Origin: Woeseiaceae bacterium
Lineage (GTDB): Bacteria; Pseudomonadota; Gammaproteobacteria; Steroidobacterales; Woeseiaceae
NCBI GenBank assembly: GCA_035304345.1
Contig: DATGQE010000066.1
Coordinates: 60,344 to 124,343, forward strand
DNA: 64,000 bases
Reading direction: 5' to 3'
Shown: piece after piece, positions 39,466 to 48,819 of the stretch
How positions within the stretch are numbered: position 1 is the stretch's first letter
Layout of the letters: each line of letters begins with the position of its first letter
The notes under the pieces: generated by a model
The model's input: the letters and a program-made list of their open reading frames with translations, nothing else
The model's database searches: none
What the model was told of the DNA's origin: nothing
Made by a program: the position numbers and the translations under genes

Positions 39466-39974
39466 CCCGGCTCCTTTCGCACACCGCCGAGCAGCGACAT
39501 GAGATCGTCGATCGACCAGAGCGCGAAGCGGTACGCCATGAGGCCGAACGCCACCGGCAGGATGCCCTGCACCGTCCAGGCCGGGATGCCGATGAGCACG
39601 GTATCGTCGATCGCCAGCACGACGTAGCGGGCGCTGTGCCAGGCGATCGTGCCGCACACGACGGCCGCGAACGCGTCCACGACGACGGCCGGCAAGCGCG
39701 CCCAGCGCTCGGGTACGTAATGCGAGAGCAGGTCGATGCGCAGGTGCCGGCGATTACGGCTGGTCGCGATCGAGCCGACCAGCGCGATCCACAGCACGAG
39801 GATCTTCAGGAGCTCGTCGGACCAGATGATGCCCGTGTCGAAGAACAGCCGGAGGACGATCTGCGCGCTCGCGAGCAGCATCATCAGCGCCAGGAGCAGC
39901 ACGAGCAACGCGTTCTCGACGGCGGTGCCCCACCGCTCGAGCGGCTTCAGGATGCGCCAGGCCGGTCCGGTCAT
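39462..39974 (-). CDS. TRAP transporter small permease (DctQ family)
   Basis: 170-aa product with four TM segments, positioned between the binding-protein and DctM genes. Confidence 0.8.
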   Translation of the reverse strand: MTGPAWRILKPLERWGTAVENALLVLLLALMMLLASAQIVLRLFFDTGIIWSDELLKILVLWIALVGSIATSRNRRHLRIDLLSHYVPERWARLPAVVVDAFAAVVCGTIAWHSARYVVLAIDDTVLIGIPAWTVQGILPVAFGLMAYRFALWSIDDLMSLLGGVRKEPG

Positions 39975-40007
39975 GCCGTCGTTTCCTCTTCCCGGCGCGC
40001 CGGCGGG

Positions 40008-41021
40008 TCAGCCCGATTCGGGCGCGGCGCTCGAACGGTACTCTTCGATGAGGCGGCGGACCTCGTCCAGCAGCTCCGGCGAAATCAGGCCGTCGCGCGC
40101 CAGCGCGTCGTTCGTCTCCTCGAGCAGGGACTGCAGGCGGCTGCGTTCGCCCGCTTCCGGCGTGACGGGCTCCACGCCGGAAGCGATCAGGGCGTCGAGC
40201 GCTTCCTTCGCCTCCTCCTCGTTCTCGACGTCCCAGCGCGCGTACAGCGCCGACATGATCTCGCGCACGACGAGCTGGTCCGGCTGCTCGAGCCGGTCGA
40301 ACGCACGGCGGTCGATCGCGAGCAGGCCCATGGTGTACACGATCGGCATTTGCGTGACGTAGCGCACCCGGGTGTGCCACTGAAGCACGAGCGCGGCCGC
40401 GGGCGGCATCGCGACGATGTCGATCAGGCCCGTCTGCAGGCCCGTGAGCACGTCCGTGACCGGCAGGGTCACCGGCGACAGGTCGAGCGCGTTCATCGCC
40501 TCGTAGCTGATGAGGTCACCTTCAGGCACCCACACCTTGCGGCCGCGCAGGTCCTCGTGCCGGCGCACCGGCGTGTTCGACATGATCATCGCGAACCCGC
40601 CGTTCGCGAACCCGAAGCTCACGAACCCCGCTTCCTCCAGGCCGTGCACGAGCTTCGGGTCGACCGTGCGCCGCACGTGGCGCGCCTCGTCGGCCGACCG
40701 GAACAGGAATGGCAGGCCGTAGACGTTGAGGTCGGGATAAACCTGCTGCAGGTCGGTCGGCGTGAACGCGCCGCCGTGGAGCTGGCCGATCCGGATCTTG
40801 CGCAGGACGGTGCCCGGGTTGCCCTGCACGCCGCCCGAATAGAAGCGGAAGGCGACGCGTCCTTCCGTGCGCTCCCGGATCTCGGCCGCGGCCGCCCGCA
40901 TGTCGCGCATCCATTGCGTGTTCTCGGGCAGCACGGTCGCGATCCTGAGCTCGGCCGCCACCGCCCACGGCGCAGCGGCGACGAGCCACGTCAGGGCCAG
41001 CACGGCGATGGAGCTTCGCAT
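40008..41021 (-). CDS. TRAP transporter substrate-binding protein (DctP family, TatP(T)-type context)
   Basis: Has a signal peptide (MRSSIAVLALTWLVAAAPWAVAA) and a DctP-like fold sequence. GGAGGAGG is the SD. It sits directly downstream of a TatT-like gene. Confidence 0.85.
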   Translation of the reverse strand: MRSSIAVLALTWLVAAAPWAVAAELRIATVLPENTQWMRDMRAAAAEIRERTEGRVAFRFYSGGVQGNPGTVLRKIRIGQLHGGAFTPTDLQQVYPDLNVYGLPFLFRSADEARHVRRTVDPKLVHGLEEAGFVSFGFANGGFAMIMSNTPVRRHEDLRGRKVWVPEGDLISYEAMNALDLSPVTLPVTDVLTGLQTGLIDIVAMPPAAALVLQWHTRVRYVTQMPIVYTMGLLAIDRRAFDRLEQPDQLVVREIMSALYARWDVENEEEAKEALDALIASGVEPVTPEAGERSRLQSLLEETNDALARDGLISPELLDEVRRLIEEYRSSAAPESG

Positions 41022-41039
41022 CCGCAGCCTCCTCCCGGT

Positions 41040-42026
41040 TCAGAAATAGTCGTCCGCGCTCGCGAGCAGCGCCTCGGCTTCCCGTTGCGCCAGCACGTTC
41101 GTGAGCGTCAGGCCCGGCACCACCGGGTCCGCCTCCAGGACTTCCCGGAGCAGGCGGTCGTGCAACTCGCGATCGTACAGCAGCCGCGCGTAGCCGCGGG
41201 CGTACTCGACCTTGGCGGCCAGGTCCCGGCCGCCGGAAAGCTCGATGGCGCGCTCGAAATGCGCCCGGCCCCGCTCCGGGTCACCGCCGAGCGCCGGCGG
41301 CCGCAGGGTCGCCAGAATGCCGAGCCACGTGTGCACCTGCGCGTGTCCGTCGCTGCCGTCGAGCTCGAGGTAACGCTCGAGCAGGGCCTCCATGTGCGGC
41401 AGCTCGGCGAGCGCGTTCCAGTCGTCCGCGTGGGCGCGGATGCTGGCGAGCGATGCCGCGGCGTAGCTCCAGGCCACGCCGCCGTGAGTCGGGCGCAGGC
41501 GCGGCAGCGTCGCGACGAAGGCTTCGAACGGCATGCCGGGCCAGTCGCAGCCGGCCGGGAAGCGCAGGCAGACCGCGCGGGCCGCGTACTCGCGCGCACG
41601 CTCGGTCAGCCGTGCCGCACGCGCGGGATCGTCCGCGAACAGGGTCCCGTAGGCGGCGTACAGGTTGGCCGCCGCCGACAGCAGCTCCGCGTCGTCAGGG
41701 TCGGACTCGATGAAGCTGTCGAGCAGCAGCATGTACGCCGGCGCACCGGCGCGGACCGTCTCGGGGTCCGTCTGGTTCTGCACTGCCGCCTCGAGATCCT
41801 CCGCGAGGCCGGAGGCGGCGGACGACATGAGCGAGGCGCAGCCGGCGAGGCCGGCCACCGTGCACAGCGCCAGGGCGACCCTTGCAGGACCGAGCGCCCC
41901 CGACCGCGCCGTTGGCCTCGAGACGTTCAGCGGTCCGGCCCGCCTCGCGTCAGACCTTTTCCTTGATGCGCGCCGCCTTGCCCGTGCGATCGCGCAGGTA
42001 GTACAGCTTGGCCCGCCGCACGTCAC
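41040..42026 (-). CDS. tatT: TRAP transporter TatT-component-like TPR lipoprotein
   Basis: Has a lipobox (VAGLAGC), then a helical/TPR-like protein ending in ...[17 protein letters not shown], which resembles the TatT family. The start is unresolved. The only canonical in-frame start is GTG at 42026, inside rplS; a CTG at 41930 would give a normal-length signal peptide. Confidence 0.7.
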   Translation of the reverse strand: MTCGGPSCTTCAIARARRRASRKRSDARRAGPLNVSRPTARSGALGPARVALALCTVAGLAGCASLMSSAASGLAEDLEAAVQNQTDPETVRAGAPAYMLLLDSFIESDPDDAELLSAAANLYAAYGTLFADDPARAARLTERAREYAARAVCLRFPAGCDWPGMPFEAFVATLPRLRPTHGGVAWSYAAASLASIRAHADDWNALAELPHMEALLERYLELDGSDGHAQVHTWLGILATLRPPALGGDPERGRAHFERAIELSGGRDLAAKVEYARGYARLLYDRELHDRLLREVLEADPVVPGLTLTNVLAQREAEALLASADDYF

Positions 42027-42294
42027 CGCGGCGCCGCACCTCGATGGAGGCCACCGCGGGGCTGTAGGTCTGGAAGACGCGCTCGACGCCCTCGCCGTGG
42101 GAGACCTTGCGCACGGTGAACGAGGAATTCAGCCCGCGGTTGCGCTTCGCGATCACGACTCCCTCGAACGCCTGCAGCCGCTCCCGCTCGCCTTCGGTGA
42201 CCTTCACCTGCACGACCACCGTGTCGCCCGGATGAAACTCCGGCACGGACTTCTTTAACTGTTCCTGTTCAATGGCATCGATTATTTTGCTCAT
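41950..42294 (-). CDS. rplS: 50S ribosomal protein L19
   Basis: 114-aa product. [28 protein letters not shown] is typical L19. Confidence 0.97.
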   Translation of the reverse strand: MSKIIDAIEQEQLKKSVPEFHPGDTVVVQVKVTEGERERLQAFEGVVIAKRNRGLNSSFTVRKVSHGEGVERVFQTYSPAVASIEVRRRGDVRRAKLYYLRDRTGKAARIKEKV

Positions 42295-43103
42295 GTCACT
42301 TCTACCTGCCGGCCGGGTGCCGGCCGTTGCGTTTCGTCAGTCTCGGCCGTCGTGCCGGAGCCATCCGGCGCTTCGTCCCGCAAGAATTCCATCAGCAGCC
42401 GCTGCTGGTCCTCGTTCAGCTTCAGCTTGCGCACGAGGTCCGGACGCTTGAGGAAGCTTCGCCCCAGCGCCTGCTGGTAACGCCAGCGCGCGATCCGGGC
42501 GTGATCCCCCGAGAGGAGCACCTCCGGCACCCGCCGGCCCGCGACCGACTCCGGCCGCGTGTAATGCGGATGATCGAGGAGTCCCTCGCTGAAGGAGTCC
42601 CGCTCCGCCGAATCCTCGTCGCCCAGCACGCCCGGCAGCAACCGCGCCACGGCGTCGATCACCGCCATCGCGGCGATCTCGCCGCCGGAGAGCACGAAAT
42701 CGCCGAGCGACAGCTCCTCGTCGACCAGGTCCTCGATGATCCGCTCGTCGAAACCCTCGTAGCGGCCCGACAGCAGCACGAGACCCGGCAGGCCCGCGTA
42801 ACGCCGTGCCACCGCCTGGTCGAAACGCCGTCCCTGCGGCGTCAGGCACACGACCGGGCTCCCGGCCGGGAGCGCCCGGCGCACGCTCGCCAGCGCGGCA
42901 GCGACCGGCTCGTACTTCAGCACCATGCCCGGGCCGCCGCCGTACGGCCGGTCGTCCACGGTGCGGTGCCGGTCGGTCGTGTAATCGCGCGGGTTCGCGT
43001 ACTCGAGCCCGAGCAGTCCGCGCTCGACCGCACGGCCGACCACGCCGTGCTCCGCCACGGTACGCACCATCTCCGGAAACAGGCTGACGATCCCGATGCG
43101 CAT
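42291..43103 (-). CDS. trmD: tRNA (guanine37-N1)-methyltransferase
   Basis: [24 protein letters not shown] and the SPOUT knot region ([11 protein letters not shown]) are present. It has an acidic/Pro C-terminal extension. Confidence 0.95.
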   Translation of the reverse strand: MRIGIVSLFPEMVRTVAEHGVVGRAVERGLLGLEYANPRDYTTDRHRTVDDRPYGGGPGMVLKYEPVAAALASVRRALPAGSPVVCLTPQGRRFDQAVARRYAGLPGLVLLSGRYEGFDERIIEDLVDEELSLGDFVLSGGEIAAMAVIDAVARLLPGVLGDEDSAERDSFSEGLLDHPHYTRPESVAGRRVPEVLLSGDHARIARWRYQQALGRSFLKRPDLVRKLKLNEDQQRLLMEFLRDEAPDGSGTTAETDETQRPAPGRQVEVT

Positions 43104-43110
43104 TGGCTGC

Positions 43111-43653
43111 CTAGTCCCATTCCCAGTCGACGTCGATGACGCCCGCCGCCAGGTTCACGTCGAGCACGAACGTGCCGGGAACGAACGGTACCAGAACCTC
43201 GCGCTTCTGCCCGTCCTCCTCGCGGCTCACGACGAGAACGTCGTGCGCGCCGGTCTCCAGCAGGCGATCGACCCGTCCCAGCAACCGGCCGCCGCGATGG
43301 CGCACCTCCAGCCCTTCGAGGTCCGCCCAGTAATACTCGCCCTCCGCGGGCTCCGGCATCCGTTCCCGCTCGACCGCCACGTCGGCGCCGAGGAAGCGCG
43401 CCGCCGCGTCGCGGTCGGCGGTGCCGGCGAGCTGCGCCACCAGGCCCTTGCCGTGCTCGCGCCCGCCCGTCACCTCGAAGCGCTCCCAGGTCCCGGGGCC
43501 CCCGACCAGCCACTCGTCGTAGCCGAGCAGCGCGGCCGGCGGCTCCGTGTAGGAGCGTACCCGGACCCAGCCGCGCACCCCGTAAAGACCGGTGATGCGA
43601 CCGAGGACCACCGGGTCGCGGCGCTTGCCGCCGGGCGTGGTCGCGGCCGCCAC
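43111..43653 (-). CDS. rimM: Ribosome maturation factor RimM
   Basis: GTG start. VVLGRITGLYGVRGWVRV is typical RimM, in rpsP-rimM-trmD-rplS order. Confidence 0.9.
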   Translation of the reverse strand: MAAATTPGGKRRDPVVLGRITGLYGVRGWVRVRSYTEPPAALLGYDEWLVGGPGTWERFEVTGGREHGKGLVAQLAGTADRDAAARFLGADVAVERERMPEPAEGEYYWADLEGLEVRHRGGRLLGRVDRLLETGAHDVLVVSREEDGQKREVLVPFVPGTFVLDVNLAAGVIDVDWEWD

Positions 43654-43700
43654 TCCCGTCTCCCCGCCCGGACGCGCCGACGCCGCCGCCGGCCGGCGTC

Positions 43701-43964
43701 TCAGGCAGCCGTGGTCCGCGCTGCCTTGCGCGAGGCCTTGATCAGGGCCGCCACCCTCTCGGTGGGCCTGGCGCCGACGCTGAGCCAGTGATCGACCCGC
43801 TCGAGGTCGATCTTCAGGTGCTGCTCCTGGCCCCTCGCCACGGGGTTGTAGAAACCCAGGCGCTCGATGTACCGGCCGTCCCGGCGGTTGCGGCTGTCGC
43901 TCACCACCAGGTGATAGAAAGGAGTCTTTTTCGCGCCCGCGCGCGAAAGACGAATACTGACCAT
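43701..43964 (-). CDS. rpsP: 30S ribosomal protein S16
   Basis: [41 protein letters not shown] is typical S16. Confidence 0.97.
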   Translation of the reverse strand: MVSIRLSRAGAKKTPFYHLVVSDSRNRRDGRYIERLGFYNPVARGQEQHLKIDLERVDHWLSVGARPTERVAALIKASRKAARTTAA

Positions 43965-44117
43965 GGTTGTTCCGTCAAGCTTGGAAAGCGCCCCCGGCGC
44001 CCCCGGCGTGTCCCGGGGACCGGCCGGGACCGGGTAAACGGCGCATTTTACTGATTCCCGGGCCGATGTGAAGCGAAGACCGACCGCGCGGCGGCCCGGG
44101 GCGGCGGTCCGGGGGCG

Positions 44118-45476
44118 TCAGCGGGGCCCGGGCAGGCGCCCGCCCTGCAGCCCCCGCACCAGGTTCTTCATGCCGCCGCGGCTGAACTTCTTCATCATCT
44201 TCTCCATCTGCATGTGCTGCTTCAGGAGGCGGTTGACGTCCTGCACCTGCTGGCCGCTGCCCGCCGCGATCCGGCGCTTGCGCGAGCCGTTGATGATCCT
44301 GGGGAAACGGCGCTCCGCCGGGGTCATGGAGTCGATGATGGCCATCTGGCGCCTGAGCTGTCGCTCGTCCGCGGCCCCGCGGAGCGCCTCCGGGTTGACG
44401 TGCCCGGGCAGCGGCAGCTTCTCCAGCATGGCGCCGATGCCCCCCATCTTGAGCATCTGCTCGTACTGGTCCCGCAAGTCGGCCAGGTCGAAGCCCTTGC
44501 CCTTCCGGACCTTGCGCGCCAGCTTCTCGGCCTTCTCGCGGCTCGTCTTCTGCTCGATCTCCTCGACCAGAGACAGCACGTCGCCCATGCCGAGGATGCG
44601 CGAGGCCATGCGGTCCGGATGAAAGACCTCGAGCGCGTCCGTCTTCTCGCCGACACCGAGGAAACGGATCGGCTTGCCGGTCACCTCGGTCACCGACAGT
44701 GCCACACCGCCCTTCGCGTCGCCGTCCGCCTTGGTGAGGATCACCCCCGTCAACGGCAGGCGGGCATCGAAGGCCCGGGCGGCGTTGACCGCGTCCTGCC
44801 CGGCCATCGCGTCGATCACGAACAGCGTCTCGTGCGGCGCGGCCTGCTGGTGCACGGCGACGACCTCGTCCATCATCGCCTCGTCGACGTGCAGGCGCCC
44901 GGCCGTGTCCACGATCAGCACGTCGGCCTGGCGGCGCCGCGCGTCCTCCAGTGCCCGCGCGGCGATGCGGGCCGGGTCCTCCGCCGGATCGCTCGCGCAC
45001 CACAGCGCGCCGACCTCGCCGGCCAGCCGCTCGAGCTGCAGGATGGCCGCCGGCCGGTGCACGTCCACGCTCACCAGCATCACGCGCTTTTTCTCCCGCT
45101 CGATCAGCCGGCGGGCGAGCTTGGCCGCGGTGGTGGTCTTGCCCGCGCCCTGCAGGCCCGCGAGGAACACGATGACCGGGGGACGGGCGCGCAGCTCGAG
45201 CGGCCGCGTCTCGCCGCCCAGGAGCGTCACGAGCTCCCCGTGAATGATCTTGATCAGCGCCTGGCCGGGGGTCAGGCTCCGGTCCACCTCCTCGCCCAGC
45301 GCACGCTCGCGGACCCGGTCGATGAAGGACTTGACCACCGGCAGCGCAACGTCCGCCTCGAGCAGGGCGAGGCGCACCTGGCGGAGCGTGTCCTTGACGT
45401 TGGCTTCGGTGAGCCTGCCCTTGCCGGTGAGGTTGCGTGCGGCTCGCGACAGCCGCTCGGAAAGCGTATCGAACAT
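44118..45476 (-). CDS. ffh: Signal recognition particle protein Ffh
   Basis: ATG at 45476 (MFDTLSERL...). Has the GTPase motifs GLQGAGKTTT and DTAGR, plus a Met-rich M domain. Confidence 0.96.
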   Translation of the reverse strand: MFDTLSERLSRAARNLTGKGRLTEANVKDTLRQVRLALLEADVALPVVKSFIDRVRERALGEEVDRSLTPGQALIKIIHGELVTLLGGETRPLELRARPPVIVFLAGLQGAGKTTTAAKLARRLIEREKKRVMLVSVDVHRPAAILQLERLAGEVGALWCASDPAEDPARIAARALEDARRRQADVLIVDTAGRLHVDEAMMDEVVAVHQQAAPHETLFVIDAMAGQDAVNAARAFDARLPLTGVILTKADGDAKGGVALSVTEVTGKPIRFLGVGEKTDALEVFHPDRMASRILGMGDVLSLVEEIEQKTSREKAEKLARKVRKGKGFDLADLRDQYEQMLKMGGIGAMLEKLPLPGHVNPEALRGAADERQLRRQMAIIDSMTPAERRFPRIINGSRKRRIAAGSGQQVQDVNRLLKQHMQMEKMMKKFSRGGMKNLVRGLQGGRLPGPR

Positions 45477-45584
45477 GCGCGCTATTCTACCGGACCTGCA
45501 CATGCAGGCGCGCGCGTCGCGCCGGCAGACCGTAGTGGCTCCAGCCTCGACCGCCGGCGGGGCCGCGGCCGGGGGAGGTGCGGA

Positions 45585-46352
45585 TCAGACGGTAATGACG
45601 GTCCCGCGGGAGAGCATGCGGATGCGGCGGTTGCCGCTCGCGGCCAGCACCTGGCGCAGGATGCGCTCCTCCTCACCGGGCTTCATGCCGGTGAGCCAGA
45701 TGTCGGGATCCTGGTCGAGGCGCTCCAGGTCGCGACACAGCGTCGCGGGACAGTAGTGCCCGGCCGCGGTGGCGAGCTCCTCGAGCTCGTTCGGGAAGGA
45801 CACCTCGATGAGCAGGACGCGCAGGTCGTCGCAGGCGTTCAGCACCGGCCACAGGGTCTTGTTGGTGCGCGTATCGCCGCTGACGGCGAACACCCCGCCC
45901 GAGTTCTGCACCGTGTAGCCGATCGCCGGCACGCTGTGCTCGACGTCCACCGCCCGGAAGTCGCGGCAGCCGATGCGGATCGTCTCGCCGGGGTTGCACA
46001 CGACGTAACGCAACATCGGGTTCTCTTCGCTGGGCAGCTTCGAAAAGTCCGGCCAGATCACCCAGTTGAACAGATGCGTCTTGATGGCATCCAGTGTTTC
46101 CTGGCGCCCGTACACCGTGACCGGGACGTCGACCGTGTCCGTGAAGATGCTGTCGATCAGCATCGGCAACCCGGCGATGTGGTCGAGGTGGGCATGGGTG
46201 AGGAACACGTGGCGAATGTTGTGCAGCTCCTCGAGGGGCAGGTCGCCGACTCCCGTGCCCGCGTCGAGGAGCACGTCGTCATCGATCATCATTGCCGAGG
46301 TACGGGACCCCGCGCCGATGCCACCGCTGCAACCCAGAATCCTGATGCGCAT
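45585..46352 (-). CDS. Class II 3',5'-cyclic-nucleotide phosphodiesterase-like metallo-beta-lactamase fold protein
   Basis: ATG at 46352 (MRIRILGCSGG...). THAHLDHIAGLP is the class II PDE / MBL signature. There is no signal peptide. Confidence 0.7.
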   Translation of the reverse strand: MRIRILGCSGGIGAGSRTSAMMIDDDVLLDAGTGVGDLPLEELHNIRHVFLTHAHLDHIAGLPMLIDSIFTDTVDVPVTVYGRQETLDAIKTHLFNWVIWPDFSKLPSEENPMLRYVVCNPGETIRIGCRDFRAVDVEHSVPAIGYTVQNSGGVFAVSGDTRTNKTLWPVLNACDDLRVLLIEVSFPNELEELATAAGHYCPATLCRDLERLDQDPDIWLTGMKPGEEERILRQVLAASGNRRIRMLSRGTVITV

Positions 46353-46627
46353 ACCGACCCCGAAATCGAGAAGTGTCCCGGCGAAGGACACCTGGCGCCC
46401 GCTTCCGGCATGCGACCTTGGGGAGCGCTCGTCACGCCGGATCACACACCATCGAGCATGCTTCCCTCTCCCCTGCTCCGTGTTCGCAAACCGCGCACAC
46501 CGAAACGCTCCGCCGCGAGTCGGCGGGAACGCATCCGGGCCGCGCTACGGGGCAGGGTTCTAAAGATCAACACCTTATGGGATGATTCGCCGGAAACAAA
46601 AATTAGGCGACGGCCAGTCGGGATTCT

Positions 46628-47434
46628 GTGTTTCAAATCACAATTCTTTTCTTGTACATAATGGCCGGTGCGTCGCTGGCACTGAGTCGCCTGCCTCGTT
46701 TCGCTGCCTACGCCAACGCATTGCTCCTCCTCGCCCTGATCGGCGGCATCGTGGCGCTCGTCTCGCACACCGCCGTGCTGCAGGCGATGATCCTGGTGCC
46801 GGACGGCCTGACGCTGGCGCTCGGCAACACCGCTTCGTTCATCGGGCTGCTCCTGGCGCTCACCGGCCTGTTCATCGCGATCGAGCCCGCACTCCGGGGC
46901 ATGGGCGCGGGATTGCTCGTGCTCGCGGGCATCGCCGCGTTGCCGACCGGCTGGCCCGAGGTGTCGCCGGGCGGCACGCTCATGACCTGGCAGATGCAGG
47001 CACACGTGCTCATCTCGCTGGTCGCGTACGGCCTGCTCACCGTCGGCGCGATCGTCGCGGTGTTCGCGCTCGTGCAGGACCGGCGCCTGCGGGCGCGCAA
47101 GGTGTCGGCGGCGAACCAGCTCTTCGCCCCGCTCGAGATGACCGAGAAGCTGCTCTACGGCCTGGCGGCCGCCGGCTTCCTCACGTTGCTGCTCGGGGTG
47201 TTCTCCGGGTTCCTGTTCGTCGACGACCTGTTCGCGCAGCACCTCGTGCACAAGACCACGCTGTCGCTGCTCGCGCTGGTCCTGTTCGGGGTCCTGCTCG
47301 CGGGCCGCCAGCTGGCCGGCTGGCGCGGCCGGCGGGCCGTGTGGCTGTACCTCTGGGGGTTCGTCATCCTCGGCCTCGCCTACTTCGGCAGCCGCTTCAT
47401 CCTGGAGCAGGTACTGGGACGTACCTGGGGCTGA
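46628..47434 (+). CDS. ypjD: Cytochrome c assembly family inner-membrane protein (YpjD/CcsA-like)
   Basis: 268-aa polytopic protein with a GTG start. The C-terminal WRGRRAVW...LAYFGSRF parallels E. coli YpjD. It is divergent from ffh, as in enterics. Confidence 0.8.
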   Translation: MFQITILFLYIMAGASLALSRLPRFAAYANALLLLALIGGIVALVSHTAVLQAMILVPDGLTLALGNTASFIGLLLALTGLFIAIEPALRGMGAGLLVLAGIAALPTGWPEVSPGGTLMTWQMQAHVLISLVAYGLLTVGAIVAVFALVQDRRLRARKVSAANQLFAPLEMTEKLLYGLAAAGFLTLLLGVFSGFLFVDDLFAQHLVHKTTLSLLALVLFGVLLAGRQLAGWRGRRAVWLYLWGFVILGLAYFGSRFILEQVLGRTWG

Positions 47435-47527
47435 CGCCGCCCCGGCGAAGCGCCGCCGGGTTCCTTGACAGCGCAGCCTCCCCTTGCTGAACTTGTGAGG
47501 TAAAGATCCACGCGAGGTGCTCATTCT

Positions 47528-48811
47528 TTGGGCGACGACGTGCCGCTAGCGGCCCTCTTCGCGCTGCTGGTCCTCCTGCTTTTGCTTTCCGCCTTCTTCT
47601 CCGGTTCGGAAACCGCGCTCATGAGCCTGAGCCGCTACCGCCTGCGGCACCAGGCGCGTGCCGGGCGCGGGGGCGCACGCCGCGCCGAGTGGCTGCTGGA
47701 AAGGCCCGACCAGCTGGTCGGGCTGGCACGATTCGGCTCCCACCTCGTCAACTTCTCCGCCGCGGCGGTCGTCGCGGTGATCGCGCTGGAGCTGGGGGGC
47801 CCGCCGGCCGTCGCCGCCGGCACGTTCCTGCTCTCGCTCGTCGTGCTGGTCGTCTGTGACAACGCGGCCAGGACGCTCGGCGCCGTGCGGCCGGAGCGCC
47901 TCGGCCTGCTCGCGTCCCATGCCTGGTGGCTGGCGCTGCGCTTACTGTACCCGGTCGTGTGGCTGGTCAACGCCTGCTCGAACGCGCTGTTGCGCCTGTT
48001 CGGAATCGATCCCCAGGAGCTGGAGACGCATTCGTCGAGTCACGAGGCGCTGCGTGCCGTCGTGTTCGAAGCGGGCGCCCGGATCTCGCACAAGCACCGT
48101 CGCATGCTGCTCGGCATCCTGGATCTCGAGAGCGTGACCGTGGACGACGTGATGGTGCCCCACAACGAGATCGTGGGCATCGACCTGGAGGACGACCTCG
48201 AAGAGATCATCGAGGTGATCCGCTCGAGCGGGCACACGAGGCTGCCGGTGTTCCGCGACACGATCGACAACGTGATCGGCATCCTGCACCTCAGGCACCT
48301 CGCGAACCGCGTGCTGGACACGAGCTTCGGCAAGGAAGACATCGAGCGGCTGCTGGAAGAGCCTTACTTCGTGCCGGAGGGCACGCCGCTGAGCACGCAG
48401 CTCGTGCAGTTCCAGAGGAGCCGCCAGCGGCTCGCGCTGGTGGTCGACGAGTACGGCGACATCCAGGGCCTGCTCACGCTCGAGGACCTGCTGGAGGAGA
48501 TCGTGGGCGAGTTCTCGACCGCGCCGGCACCCGACGACCAGGAGATCGTGCGCGAGAGCGACGAGACGTTCCTGGTCAAGGGCACCGCGAACATCCGGGA
48601 GATGAACCGGCTGATGAACTGGAGCCTGCCGACCGACGGCCCGAAAACGCTGAACGGGCTGATCCTCGAGTACCTCGAGACCATTCCGGAATCGGGAACG
48701 GGCCTCAAGATCGACGGCTATCCCATCGAGATACTCGAGACCAACGGCAATCGCGTGCGCACCGCGCGCATCTATTCGCGCCGCCGCGAGAGCCCCGCGA
48801 CGGTCGAGTAG
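47528..48811 (+). CDS. HlyC/CorC family transporter (DUF21/CNNM TM domain + CBS pair + CorC_HlyC)
   Basis: TTG start. FFSGSETALMS (DUF21), a CBS region (VMVPHNEIVGIDL...) and a C-terminal transporter-associated domain are present. It is YfjD-like and sits next to ypjD. Confidence 0.85.
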   Translation: MGDDVPLAALFALLVLLLLLSAFFSGSETALMSLSRYRLRHQARAGRGGARRAEWLLERPDQLVGLARFGSHLVNFSAAAVVAVIALELGGPPAVAAGTFLLSLVVLVVCDNAARTLGAVRPERLGLLASHAWWLALRLLYPVVWLVNACSNALLRLFGIDPQELETHSSSHEALRAVVFEAGARISHKHRRMLLGILDLESVTVDDVMVPHNEIVGIDLEDDLEEIIEVIRSSGHTRLPVFRDTIDNVIGILHLRHLANRVLDTSFGKEDIERLLEEPYFVPEGTPLSTQLVQFQRSRQRLALVVDEYGDIQGLLTLEDLLEEIVGEFSTAPAPDDQEIVRESDETFLVKGTANIREMNRLMNWSLPTDGPKTLNGLILEYLETIPESGTGLKIDGYPIEILETNGNRVRTARIYSRRRESPATVE

Positions 48812-48819
48812 CGGCGGCG

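Noticed and set aside
46353-46627. A possible small RNA (6S, SRP RNA, tmRNA or RNase P fragment) in the 275-nt intergenic region beside ffh.
   Set aside because: I found no match to the conserved cores I can recall (for example the SRP RNA domain IV GGAA/AGCA loops, or the tmRNA tag region). There is only a short hairpin (ccgccg-cgagt-cggcgg) without a U tract. I leave it unannotated.
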